In this document: positions 39,452-52,701 of the stretch, one piece after another
How positions within the stretch are numbered: the first letter of the stretch is position 1
How the letters are laid out: each line of letters opens with the position of its first letter
DNA from: Intoshia linei
Taxonomy: Eukaryota > Animalia > Orthonectida
Assembly (NCBI GenBank): GCA_001642005.1
Contig: LWCA01000082.1
Coordinates: 1-57,987, forward strand
Direction: 5' to 3'
DNA: 57,987 nt
Notes under the pieces: generated by a model
The model's database searches: none
What the model saw: only the letters and a program-made list of their open reading frames with translations
What the model was told of the DNA's origin: nothing
Position numbers and translations under genes: made by a program

Positions 39452-40186
39452 ATGACGTCCTTTTGGGATAAAATTACTTTTCCACGAACTGATGTTTTGA
39501 TTTTTACTGGAGTGGCACAAATAAATTTGTATGCCGTTATCAACAATCTTACGGCTATGAAAAGATGTATGATCGTTTTCTTGTATATTTTATATATATT
39601 TGGGTGGCCATTATTTTTTAGTAATTGTATCGATAAAAACCATTTTGAAATTCTCGATAACTAGTATATTTTGCAAACGTGCATTTTTTGTAATGTTCAT
39701 ACAATTGTTAAAAAAATTAAGAATTGTCTAGAATCCAAAAAAAATTAAAAATGTCAAATTTCACCTGGGCCATACCATGTGAATCATGATCTAATAGTGT
39801 TGCCAATGTATCAAATTAAATTTTTATATAGCCTATTTATTTGCTTGTTTATTGCCTATTTCTTATGGAATATCATATTATGGTCACTTGGCATATATTA
39901 AACATTGTGTCAATGAAAGATTATTGGTTGCAGATTACGTCAAAAATCACCCTGAAGACTTTCCAGAATTAAGTAATTACTTTTGTACAATTTGATTGTA
40001 ATTAACACTAAATATACATCTTTACGAGATTTGGAATGAATTTTACATCATTACAAATCACTCATTTTTTGGATAATACTTTGTTAACATTTCAGTCAAT
40101 ATTTTATTATTCTTTTTTTAGAAATAAAGAAAAAGAAAATTGGAGAGATATATGAACCTTGGATTCCAGTTAGAGGTGGTTGGTAA
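39452..40186 (+). CDS. NDUFC2: NADH:ubiquinone oxidoreductase subunit C2 (B14.5b)
   Basis: Exons 39452-39566, 39832-39972 and 40122-40186. The C-terminus ADYVKNHPEDFPELKIKKKKIGEIYEPWIPVRGGW* matches the NDUFC2 signature HPEDFP...YGEI.E.W.P.R. Confidence 0.85.
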
Positions 40187-40208
40187 AAAATAAAAATTAA
40201 TCGATATA

Positions 40209-43200
40209 TCATTTATTTGTAAAATGGTTTTTAATCACTTTAATTGAAGCAATAAGAGGTATAGCAAGTGGTAAAAATAGTGGAATATATATACCATATC
40301 TAAATAAAATAAAATTACAATATAAAAATTTACATTCCAGTGATCCAGTACTTCTAAAATTGATACGCTTGTAAAAAAAATTTAAAATTTCTACAACTAC
40401 ATTAGTTTCCTAACATTAGCGTGTAATACGAAAAAAAAAATTGGAAAATCTTCATTTGATGTAAAATTTTAAATTAATTTTGTCACGTCTCAGATTTAAT
40501 CGGAAACTTGATAGATTTATCTAGTGTCCATAACCCATATTTGGAACTATACTATACGTTCTAAAGAACTTTTTTATTTTTGTTAATTAACGGAAGTTGA
40601 CATCTGGATATGATAAATTAATTATTTATTTTAATTACTTTTGGTCCTCCGGAAAGTACAAACTCTTTGTCAATAATGGATCCATCATTAGTTTATCTAG
40701 ATTTAATTCAAATCATTAAAAAGAAATAATTATAAATCAGGCGTTCACACACTTTTTGCACGGCGGACCGGTAATTAATTATAAAATTTATAGCTGGCCA
40801 TTAAAGTGGAATTACTAGGGAAATACAAAAAATTATAAATAAAATATACAAAAATTTTGATCAAAAAAACTCATAAATTTGTAAAAACATTTTCAGACAT
40901 TTACGTCTCCATGAGAAGGGCAAGTATAAGTTAATTTTTTATATGTTAATTAGCATGCAATTCCAAGCATGATCATAGCAATATTATGTTTATTAATTAG
41001 CTAATTAAAATTTTATAAAGTCATTTTATTTTTCTAAAAGTTAATAAGTAATTTTTTTGAAATTGAAATTGAAAATAAACACTTCTATTTCATTCTAAAA
41101 GTTTCACTTTTACAGATAAAATTTTGATCATCACGAAATGATGTCAATAACTGATGTAATGACGAATAAACTGAACAACCCTAAAATTAAGGTTTTATTT
41201 AATGAATGGGTAAAACATTGCCATCTGAAAGTTCATGTCGTGGCAGAGCGGATAATTTAAATTCAAACAAATCCCAATATTATATAATTTTCTAAGGAAC
41301 GCTCCTTCTACATAAAAAATTACCCTACTCATCAGTGATCATCACTAAAAAATGAGATACCGCGTCAGTAGACACTGTAAGGTGTACGCCGTACATAGTT
41401 TTTCTATTTTAAAAATACACAAATTTAGAGCTTATTTCCCATCAAATGGTCAAAATTTCCAAAAAATGTGACACCCTAGTGCAGGGTGGTAACCAGTGGC
41501 CCACATAATAATTTTGGTAGTCCTTTGAGTAAATTATTAATTTTTTCATTTTAAACACCGTTTTAAATAGTTTCTAATATAATTAGCTCATTATAAAATA
41601 TTTTAATATTGAATTTTCAGATCGCCCTGGACTTTATTTTGTTCAATATACGGAACCGTTTCTCTTCAGTTAAAAGTTAGAATAGAATTGTCAAAAAGGG
41701 TTAATGTTAATATATCCAAAATGGTACATGATATTGATTATAGTCTACGGATCGTAGTCAAATAAACAATTTACGGCGGGTATAGGCGAATAAAAAAATT
41801 ATAAACGACGGACTGGTGAACGGTTAAGAATTGAAGGATGACAGTAACTATACTTAACTTGAACGCGAACTTCAAATTACGCTTCGGTCTATTTTTCAAA
41901 CGTGTACTAAGTATTGTATATGTAATATTTAGTTACCTGCAAATTCTTTGCAAATTATTGAATTTTTATAAGCTTCATCGATATTTGAGGCTAATTTCAT
42001 TTTGGTGTAAATAAAATATTTATTGGTATTCTTAAGCTAAATTATACATTATTACACAGTGAATGAAAATTATTAAGCTTAAATGTTATCGCAACCCACG
42101 TTATTCCCCTTACTGGCACGTGGATCGCAAATTGTATAAATTTAAACAATACATATTGACTAATTTGGTCTGAAACAGGTATCACACTAATTGTATCAAT
42201 GAGGGAGAAAAATGATTTGATTATGTGTTGACTGTGTATTAAATGGTTTACTGTCTTTTCTATCAACCATTGATGTACAAGCTAGAAAATAGTGAAATGA
42301 TGTAATGTAATAACTCTCTAGATATACCCACAGGTAAACGTATATGTCAGTAATGGCAAAAGATATGTTTTTTGTGTTAAAAATGCACACTTGACGTATT
42401 TTTTAACTCTTAAAAAAATTAAATTTATCAGTAAAAACAAAAGAAATAGATTCCATGATTAAACAAGGGTCACTTCGTATCATTGAAATTTACAAGCTTT
42501 GGACCATATCCACTTCATTAAAAAATTTGCTAAAAAATGTTACTCATTTTCACTCATACATTTGGTTAGGTAAGAAATTTAGCTTTTGTTTCAATTTGAG
42601 AGGGTGATTAACAATTTCTTTTACTAGGAAACACCAGAAAACAATTTTCGAATACAATCTCAACACTAACACAACATTTGATTTGGTTAACATCACTAAT
42701 ATAGGTTATTTATTTAAAATGCTTATTTGGGAAAAACTGAGGCACAACTTTACAAACATTTTGTAGAGGATGGTTTTAAACGGTTTCATACCGTAGGTTC
42801 GGCTCTATAGTATATATTCTATTATAAAATCGATCATATACTATTTTGCTAAGAATTACCATATTTGAAATGAAATTTTTGTGCATTTTCGCGAAATTTT
42901 CATTACACTTTACAGACTAAATCAACAATAATATTTATAACATAATATATAAAAGAAACAATTACTTTGAAAAGGGTGTCTATTTAAATACAACCATTTT
43001 TACTAAAAATCAAAATTTATCAAACCCTTAAGGGAAAAATCCATAACTGTATATTATATAAAACTAGGAAAGTAATAATTGAATTGTTCTTTTCATTTTC
43101 GTTAAAAACTTGACAAATTACTATTTTGTAAAGTGACATTTTTCATCTTTTATGAAATAATTTATGTAATTTTATAAATCTTGCGTAATTATATATTTAT

Positions 43201-46200
43201 ATAAATTCACAGTAACCCGTACAATACATAAAATATACACTTTTTCAATTAAATAAGTAATTTTAGTTTATTTGGATACTCTGCAATTCGATAAAATTGG
43301 ATATTTCCTTTAAGGGTAGGTAAATTAATTTTTAATAAAAATGTTTGGATTTAAAATAAATTGTAAATGCATAAATTTCATCAATCACCTCATTCTGACT
43401 TATAAATGTTAAAATTAATAATAAAATTACTTGCAGGCCAAGAAAAAATAAAAGCTGTTTTGAAAATATTTTCATGATTCTGTCATATTCTTCATATTCA
43501 TTAAATGTCTCATTTACATTTAAAGAATATATTCCTCCCCAATCTGGACTAATTATGGTATTGCTAACATTTTCTAAACATTTAACCAAATTAACGTGTA
43601 AATATAAACATTTTAAAAAATGCATAAACGTACTATACGTAGTATACACCGTGATGAAAAATTTTTTAGCTTACGTTTACATGAATGTCAACATGAATAA
43701 TTGTCATATTGTAGTCATAATCCTTTACTTATAAAATTGAATGTCGGTGTATTACCTTTTATTTAATAAATTTTAAAAAATTAAGTCCGATTATTAAAAA
43801 AAACACAATTCCTAATAAATGTTTTCGAGTGTGATGTTTTTATGTAAGTTTTATATTCATAAATTGAGACCTTCAGGTCAGAAACTCCATTTCCCTTTTT
43901 TTAAAATCTAAATAAACCCCTACAAATTAAAAAAAACATAAATTCTGGGATAGTTTTGAAAATCTTAAAAACAATATTTATATTATCATAAATCGCCACC
44001 TGAAAAAAGTGCATTTTAAAGATCAATACCACAGATTACTTTTTTTAAAAATGAAAAGTCCTAAAATTGAAAAAAATTACAGTTCAAAGATTTATTTATT
44101 ATTACTAGTTTTATATACTAAAAATTAAATATTACACTACACAACAAAATGAAAACTTTTTTCAAGATCTGAATGAGACAATTAAAAATATGACATTTTT
44201 GTTATCGATATGATACTGCTATTTTTAATTTTACAGTTCGCTATTAAAAGATATTAGTTGACAACATCATAGCAACTAAGTTATTTCAATTAATTTTAGT
44301 TTCTTAATATGTAATCTAATTAGAGTTTTAAATGAGATATTTCATTTTTTTTAATAATTTTTAGTATTAATGTTATGTATGCAATTTTAGCAGATAATTA
44401 CGTAATCATATTTAAATTAACATGAAATAGTGATTGTGATTTCCCAAAAATGACAAAAGTCAAGAACTTTTTAAATTTAATTACAAGAATTCAAGAAAAA
44501 ATTTTTTATTCATATATAATATAGAAGCATTGAAAATTTTAGAGACCTTCATTAATTTTAGAAACAAAAAGAAATTTAATGGATGAAATAACACGAATCT
44601 AGATTGAAATTTACAAATTTAGTTAGAAAAAAAATTATTCATTTTAGATTGTTGAAAAAGTGTTTCAAAATACACATAATATTGATAGATTCGTGTTTTA
44701 AACGCGTTCTACGTTTTGTAACGAAATTAGAAGCAGTATAGAAATTTCTTTCACTTTGTGTTGACTTAGGTTAAACGGTCATAAGGGCTTCCTTTAAATT
44801 TAACAATCTTGATGATAGCGTCCCAGTTCGTAATAACTCATAATATTTTTAAAAATAATATTGGGGAAAAAAGGATAATTACCTCAAGCGTTAGTAATTT
44901 GTGGTTGGAATAAGTGGTTTTTAAAAAAAGTATTGAAAAAAGAATATTTTTTCATTAAGATTTGGAAAATTAGATTTTATATGATTATAATATAAAATCT
45001 AGAGATTATAATAATTTGTCAATTCTAGTATTAAAGTGAAACTTTTTTATATTTTTGTAATATTACAAGGTTTAATGAATGTGGTATATGAACAAATACT
45101 GATGAATAGTATATATCATTGAAATCAGCTTTAAATTATCTACAAAATCGTATTATTTTTATGCAAATCTACTTTTCAGTTTTGACTTGATAACTTATCA
45201 TTGATAACACTAGTCAATCTTAATTAACTATTTGAGTTTAATAATGGTTTCTCAATTTTGTATTTAAAATGAGACATTTGAGTCATGATAATAAAAGATT
45301 GTAAAATCAGAAAATCATGTTTGGGACCCAAACATTGGGTAATTTCTAAAATGAAATGTGTCAGTTAGTCATGTCAACCTCAAGATAAGCAGAATTAATG
45401 TATATATCAGGGTAATAATTAATGTTTGGGGTCAATTTAAAAATATTTATACCCAAGAAAGGTTAAGGAAGTTAACGAGTAAAATACTGTTAATATTTAT
45501 TAATTTTGTTTAAAATTAAGACAAAAATTGGATACACGCAAATTAACATAATATAATTTTGTGGCTCCAGTCGCTACTTTGCCTCCCATATATAGAATAT
45601 ATTATAAATAATTATACCTCCCTGCCGAAATTTAATAGGTTTCATTTTTTCATTGACAACATTTTCCAAAATGACAAAATTTATTACTTCATTTAAAGAT
45701 ATTTGTGAACCTAAAATAAAAATTGATACATACTCTCAAAGTTAGCCTAAATTGGTGTAATTAATGATGATTTTCAAAATCTTTTTGATATGTAATAAAC
45801 TATATATAAATTTAAATAATACTAACGATAAATTAAACAATGATAATTGGTGTTTGACCATGAAGGTGCAAATTTCAAGTAATATAATATACGTATGTGA
45901 TTGGATTAACCCTAATAAAATGTATTGAATGTTTTATTTTAAAAAAGAAGTAATTTTGGTTTTTGATCGTGAAAATGGAAATATCTGAGAGTCACTTTTA
46001 TCCTAATTGCTACACCGGAAAAAATTAACTTAAAATTTATGTTTTATAAATTTCGGGCACGGTAACTTTTCTAAATAAATGGTTACATACCTAGACAAAC
46101 ATTTATACGAGTTTTAACTTATATTATATACATTAAGTTATATTATTTTTAAAAATGGTTTGAAAAAATCGCACCATTTTAATATCATCTAAAACTTACG

Positions 46201-49200
46201 ATTATTAGATATTTGTTATTCCAACACAACATTTATTAACATTAAGTAAATAATAAATTAAAGTATTATTAATTAAGTAATACATTATAATGTGTTATAA
46301 TAAAATTATATTACTAAATTGATTTACTGATCATCTCTCGGTGATAGTCAAAATTGGAAAATGAATTAATAGAAAGTAAATAATAAATAAAAAAATACCT
46401 ATAAAATTGTAAATTGAATTTAAGATAGGCGACAATGTTTCAAGATTGAGTACATTATAATTGGCATCTTGTGTATATTGTAAATTTAACCAACTTGCAC
46501 GATGACGCTAATATAATCATAATTTTTTTATTACATGTAAATTATTTATAATAAAAACAAAAAATAACTAGTTTATCTAAAAAAATAAATAATTTATTTA
46601 AGCTAGTGACCAAAAACCGCGGTTCAATAAGTAAAAAAATAAATGTTAATGAGTTTATATGACAATAGATTATGCAAAAAAATTATCGCTACCTGAATAT
46701 AAACATCGAAATTAATGTATTTTTCAAGTGCTCGAGTATATTTTAGAAATGACGCTAAAAATAAAATATTAACATGTAATGCAAATCAATTTTTCTTGAA
46801 CGCGATCTACATATTCAGGAATTTTATGATATATAATTTTGTAAAATGACCACATAATGTCATATTAGATTTTAGGGAGACATTAGTAATTGATCATTAT
46901 TTTTTATCCCCCCTTCCATCTATGCCTTTTCGGTAAATCCCGTATTCCCGTAAAAAACAAAAAATGTAATTTTTTAGTTGTAATTATCACATTATGTGTA
47001 AATAAATAGATACATTAAATTCCTGAATGTGATGAAATAATAATTCTATAAAAAATGTATCATAACATATTTTATGAGAATCAAATGATTTATACCGATA
47101 CATAAACTGAACCAGTTTACAAAATTTGCTACCGCCACCCAAAATATTAAACCAAAAATATTATTGAACTAAATCAATACAACCAAAAAAAGTTAATAAC
47201 AATAAAACAAAAAACATACATTTATATTGACTAAAGGTTCCAATATTAACATTTTCTGATGATTTCAGAATTATAAAATTTAAATTAAATTTTTGAGATA
47301 AATTCCATTGAATATCTTTACCCTACATAAAAAGGTACATTAAAATTTAAAATAAAAAAAACATTACAATTACAGAATTTTCAATATTCATATTTAAATG
47401 TAACCAAATGATCAATTTTTCCATTTCTAAATTAATCACATAATAATGTCATTTCCAATCAAAACAATGACTGATAATTGTCATGTATATTATCCTAACT
47501 TATATAATATGACACGCGATTTTTGTTTGTGTGTCTGTGTGTGTGTTCAGCTTTATTTAAATAACTGTCTTATAATTTTTATAAAGACCACATTCCAATT
47601 ACAGTTTTTTTCAAGACGTATATTAAGATACATTTCAACCTTTCAATTTCACATCTTAAGGGTCAAAAACCCCCGTTGTCCCTCTTTTTGATTAAACTAG
47701 TTGCAGTATTTAAAAAAATATATACGCTGATGCGGATTTTAAAATCATAAACATTACCATAATTTTAAATTAAAAAAAATTATATCTTCAGGGCCAAAAA
47801 CCACAAATTACCTTTTTTTTTAATGAAAACAGCCCTAGAATTTTAAACAATTGACAGGTGGTAGAGTTGTATCATGTTAACACACATAAAAAAATTCAAT
47901 CCGAATAAGTAACGACTTCACGGTCAAAAAAGCATTTTAGTATTCATATTTTTTTTTCCGAAATATTTTATTAAAACAAAAAATATGAAATAACTAACGG
48001 TCCGAAAATTTAAAAAAAAAATTATTCTGATAGAGCTTATTCCAGTTAATATAAATACAAAATTTCAAAAAATCATAAATTCTGGGACGCGTTTTAAAAT
48101 GATTAACACCTGGTAAATGTCAGCCTCAAAAACTTACATCTTCAAGGTCAAAACCATAAATTAATCTTTTTTTAAAAATGAAAAAAGTACTAGAATTTTA
48201 TATCACATAAATACTTGGATACTTAGATTAAAACCTTATTATTACTTGATTATTACCTTTTTAAAAAAAATATACAGCTAATAGTTATTTTCAGCTAACA
48301 TACACAAAAAATTTCCATCTCGCAAAGAAACGCCTTTACGGTCAAAAAAGTATGTAGTACGGTATTTAGAAGTTTATTTTATCTGAAATTTATGTTATTT
48401 ATGACCATTTTTTAGGGTTTTAAGATTATACAATTATTGCCTATAATCAAGGGTGTTACCAGCAAAATTAAAAAATTAGTTTATTTTTGTAAAGTAATTT
48501 ATTATCTAATAAATCCAACCTTTATCCCACCATTAATAAAAAATAACATTTCAAGTCCTTCAGCTAAAAATCCCCTTTTTCTGATATTATTTTATAAATT
48601 TAAAAATTTTTTCGATATTATATTAAACAATCGAAAAATAAGACTAAATAAATAATAATTACTTAATTATATTTATATTAATGTATAAATAGTTAATTTT
48701 TTAATTAAATTATTTTTTTTTACTTTAGTCTAGGTCAGTGGTTTTCAACCTTTTAATGTTCGCGACCCCCTTATAAACATAAAAATTTTTCATGTCCTAA
48801 ACATATATGTACTCCAAACATCTTATCAATTCACATAAATGAAAATATTAAAGAAACATATTCAGTTTTATTTATATTTTCTACTGTGTTCAAATTCTCA
48901 CGACCCCCCGGTTGAAAACCACTAATCTAGGTGAATTGATAAATTTTACATTAAATTGGTCACTTTAAATTCTTCATAATGCATGTACTTTAGGGTGCCA
49001 CCAATAGCGGATCTAGGTGGATTGCATAGTGCATGGGGTTATAATCATTGAAAATTTCTCAGAGTCACTAGCGTCATTGCATTCGGTTTCGAAATCAACC
49101 GGCAAATCGACCACCCTAGCTTATAATCAATTAAAAAATCGGTATCAGCAGAACTCGCTGCTGTTTGTACTAACACTTGGTAAAGTACATAAAAGTCATG

Positions 49201-51668
49201 CTATATCATATAAAAATTTCTAAAAGCATTACACGTTGATAACGGTTGTATTATATATGAAGTATAGGTTACTTGTTTCATTCATACAACTCACAAATCG
49301 TGAGTAACGACATCAATAAACAACAACAACAACAACAAAATTTACCTGCAAAAGTCGAAACATATGCATTGCAATTTAAGCAAGAATGCGACAATATTTT
49401 GAACGAAACAAAAAGATGCACATTATGATTTTCTGCCAATTGGCAAATATTTTGACAAATATCTAATAAAAGATAAAAGTATAATATGTAAATAAAAAAT
49501 TAATTTTATATTTGAAAATTTAATTGACATTTATTATAAAAATATTTATGTATATCAATATCCTGATGTATAAGTATATATATCTTAACTTGTATATTAA
49601 ACTACGTGATTTTTGTTTGTATGTGTGTGTTTAACTTTATTTAAATAACTACCAGTCTTAGAATTTTATAAAGTCACATTTCAATTACAGTTTTTTCCGG
49701 GACGTATAATAAGATAAATTTCTACCTCCCAAACTCACATCTTACGGGTCAAAAACCCTTAAAAGTCCCTCTTTTTGAAAATCCAACAAGTTAGAGAATT
49801 TAAAAAAATATATACGCTGATACGGATTTTAAAATCATAAACATTATCCATAAATTTAAATAAAAAAAATTATATCTTCAGGGCCAAAAACCACAAATTC
49901 CCCTTCCTTTTTTTTAAACAGCCCTAGAAAATCAAAAAATTTACAGGTGGTACAGTTTTATCCTGTTATCACACATAAAAAATTTCAATCCGAATAAGTG
50001 ACGACTTCACGGTCAAAAAGCATTTTAGTATTTATATATTTTTTTTCCGAAATATTTTATTAAAACAAAAAATGTAAATAATTAAAGGTCCGAAAATAAA
50101 AAAAAAATTTATTCTGATAGAGCTTATTCCAGTTGATATAAATACAAAATTTCAACCCCAGAAATCAACCATTCATAGTGAAAAATAATTTTTAATATAT
50201 TATCAACCAATATTTTTTAAATATTTCGATTAAAATAAAAATTAAAAATGTAAATATTGATCCTACAATTTTAAAAATAACTGTGCATCGAACATCTACA
50301 TGTACACATTTTCAATAAAGAAATATGGGTGAAAATCTATATAATTCATTCCTTCGGAATTTTTTTTATTGGTACGCAATTTTTAAATCTCATATTCTCA
50401 TTATATAAAATACTATTATAAAAAATGACTATCAATTATGTAATTTGATATATAAATCAGCCGAGTGAAAAAAATTTATATATCAACTTTGTTTGAAGTT
50501 TACTCAAAGGAAAGGAGTTTTCAATATAAAAATTCATAATAATAACTAAAATAAATTTAAATTCTGTTTTTTCTTTAGTTCAATTTTAACTTATAATCCA
50601 TACATTTTATTTTTGTTGTTATTGGCAACATTTACAAACCCTTGTAAATTATTTTATTAAATATTTAAGTATTCGCTAACATATTTTCCATTTTTACCTG
50701 GCTGATTCATTTTATAAAACGTTTCATTTTTTTCAATGACGAAATTCGTTTTGAATTGAGTATTTTTCATTTTGGAATCCTTTAAAAAATCTAAGTTTAC
50801 AAATGTATACCATATAATTTTTAAATTTTATCGAAACGTAAAGACATAAATTATGAATATTCTTAGAATCTTTAAAGAACCCTAGTATAATAGAATACAA
50901 CTACAGTATTCTCTCCACAACTCGCCAACTTTTTCTAAATCCCAAGAATGGCGAGTTATAGAGAGAATATAACAGTGATTATAAACCATTCCTTGAATAT
51001 TTTATGAAAATTGATTGAAAAAAGTGAAACGCGACGTTTTGAGATCACTGTTTTTTGTATTTATTACATGCAAAATTTCATAAAACATTACTTAAAAGAT
51101 TTAATTTATAAAAAAATATAAAAACGTACCAAACACGTGTGTTTCGGAAATTTCATTAGGAATATGAATTGTAATTTCTATTAATTGTTGAATCTAAAAT
51201 GAATTTAAGATAAAACTATACTAGTGATAAGAAATTTTTTTCCTCGTATTTCCCATGATTCACCAATAATCTCAAAATTTCTACCATACATAGGGGTATG
51301 TATGAACCACCTTGATGACCTGAACTATACGAATAAAATGTTTTGAAAAATAAACAGAATAACCAACTTTAACTTTAAATATAAAATTGGAAGAGGCGAA
51401 TCTTCATTCAAAAATACATTTTGTTTCAATTAAAAAGCGATGGATCAAAAACAGTTGAGAATTTCTGATTTAGTTTGTTCACATTAGAACGGTGATTTAT
51501 AAATAAAACTATTTTTGCGATTACCTTCTCATTTAAATATTTTTCAGGTAAACTCTGTAAGTGTGGTCTATATACACGTGTTGTATAATACCAGGTTGGC
51601 AATCCGATAAAAATTGATATAAAAATGTATAATAACGAAATAATGCATTGTAAAGTTATTTTTTTCAT
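40209..51668 (-). CDS. PIGS: GPI transamidase component PIG-S (multi-exon, TE-expanded introns)
   Basis: N-terminal IGLPTWYYTTRVYRPHL (51668 exon), ISPDWGGIYSLN (~43530), SLIDTISVIPVSDQIS (~42180), DPLLTKSLYFPEDQK (~40660) and terminal YGIYIPLFLPLAIPLIASIK...* (stop at 40209). Not all internal exons were delimited. Confidence 0.9.
47497..48400 (+). mobile_element. Helitron-like non-autonomous interspersed repeat with internal subrepeats
   Basis: Begins TATATAATATGACACGCGATTTTTGTTTGTGTGTCTGTGTG and carries repeated GGTCAAAA(C)CACAAATTACC-polyT-AATGAAAA units. Near-identical to 49587-50400. Confidence 0.65.
48736..48924. mobile_element. hAT (Buster/Charlie-type) MITE
   Basis: CAGTGGTTTTCAACC / GGTTGAAAACCACTA, with TSD GTCTAGGT/ATCTAGGT. 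Confidence 0.85.
49587..50400 (+). mobile_element. Helitron-like interspersed repeat, second copy
   Basis: Long near-identity with 47500-48070 and 55080-55575. Confidence 0.7.
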
Positions 51669-51844
51669 TTCAATTTTATTTCCAAATGACTCGTTTTGAA
51701 GTTTATTGATGGATTTTGGCGTTTATCACATAGATTTGACGAATTAATAACTTTTATGTTAATATATAGACCAGGGTGCAGTAGTTGATAATACTGCCTA
51801 GTTGTCATTATTTTTGCGGAAATTTAATACAAAATCATTTACGT

Positions 51845-52137
51845 CCGTGATTCCCAAACTTATTATATATACCATTTATATATTTTGTCGGCGCCTCTGA
51901 AATAATTATGTAAATTAGATGTGTTTTGACTTTAAACACATTGCGAGTGAGGGCCAAAAATACATTTTTCAAATTTCGCGGGCCGCAACAAATATTTTTG
52001 AATCAATTATTTAATCATTCCTTCTATCTTGGTTTTTTGCTTTTTTTATAAGATTATAATCTTAGCACCGCTGATTATTATTGTTAATATTTTATAAATT
52101 TTAAAAAGTTTGGCGACACACCGGTTGGAAAGCACTG
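51845..52137. mobile_element. hAT-type MITE
   Basis: CCGTGATTCCCAAAC...GGTTGGAAAGCACTG termini. Confidence 0.55.
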
Positions 52138-52701
52138 CGTTAATTTATATTACGTTACAAGTGAACCATTCATAATCTCTGAATTTAATAGTTAAATATT
52201 TGTTTGATTCGCATATATATTTGTTTTTGTATTTAGGTAATATTAGTATTAGTGTAATTTATATTTTAGGACTTTTTGACTTTATAAAAAAGTAACTTGG
52301 ACTTTTAGTTGTGAATCTACCAATTTTTGAGTTGAAATTAATCTTTTACTGAATTTTTGTTTTTGAAATATTTGAAAAATCACAGCTTTCTCAATAAATA
52401 GTTTCACATTCATTTTTAACAACAATTTATATACATTTTATGTAAATTGTAAAATTCAAAAATTTTTCAATATTTAAGTGGCCCCTTGGATTTATAATTT
52501 ATCCCACAACCCCTCAAATATTTCGATTTAATTAAAATTTACTAGAAATTGAAATAAGATGTTTAAATATTTTAACTGCAATTTTATTCTGTTGAATATC
52601 TTATATCCATATTGCAAAGTTAATTTGAAAAATGTAAATATTTAAATTTTTACTTTTCAAATAGTAGCTAGAAATTCATTTGCAATAATATTGAATAAGA
52701 C

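Noticed and set aside
51426-51524. Apparent premature stop in the first PIG-S ORF
   Set aside because: The donor AAG|GTAATC at 51524 can splice in phase to the IQQLIEITIHIP exon (~51193), so no lesion is required.
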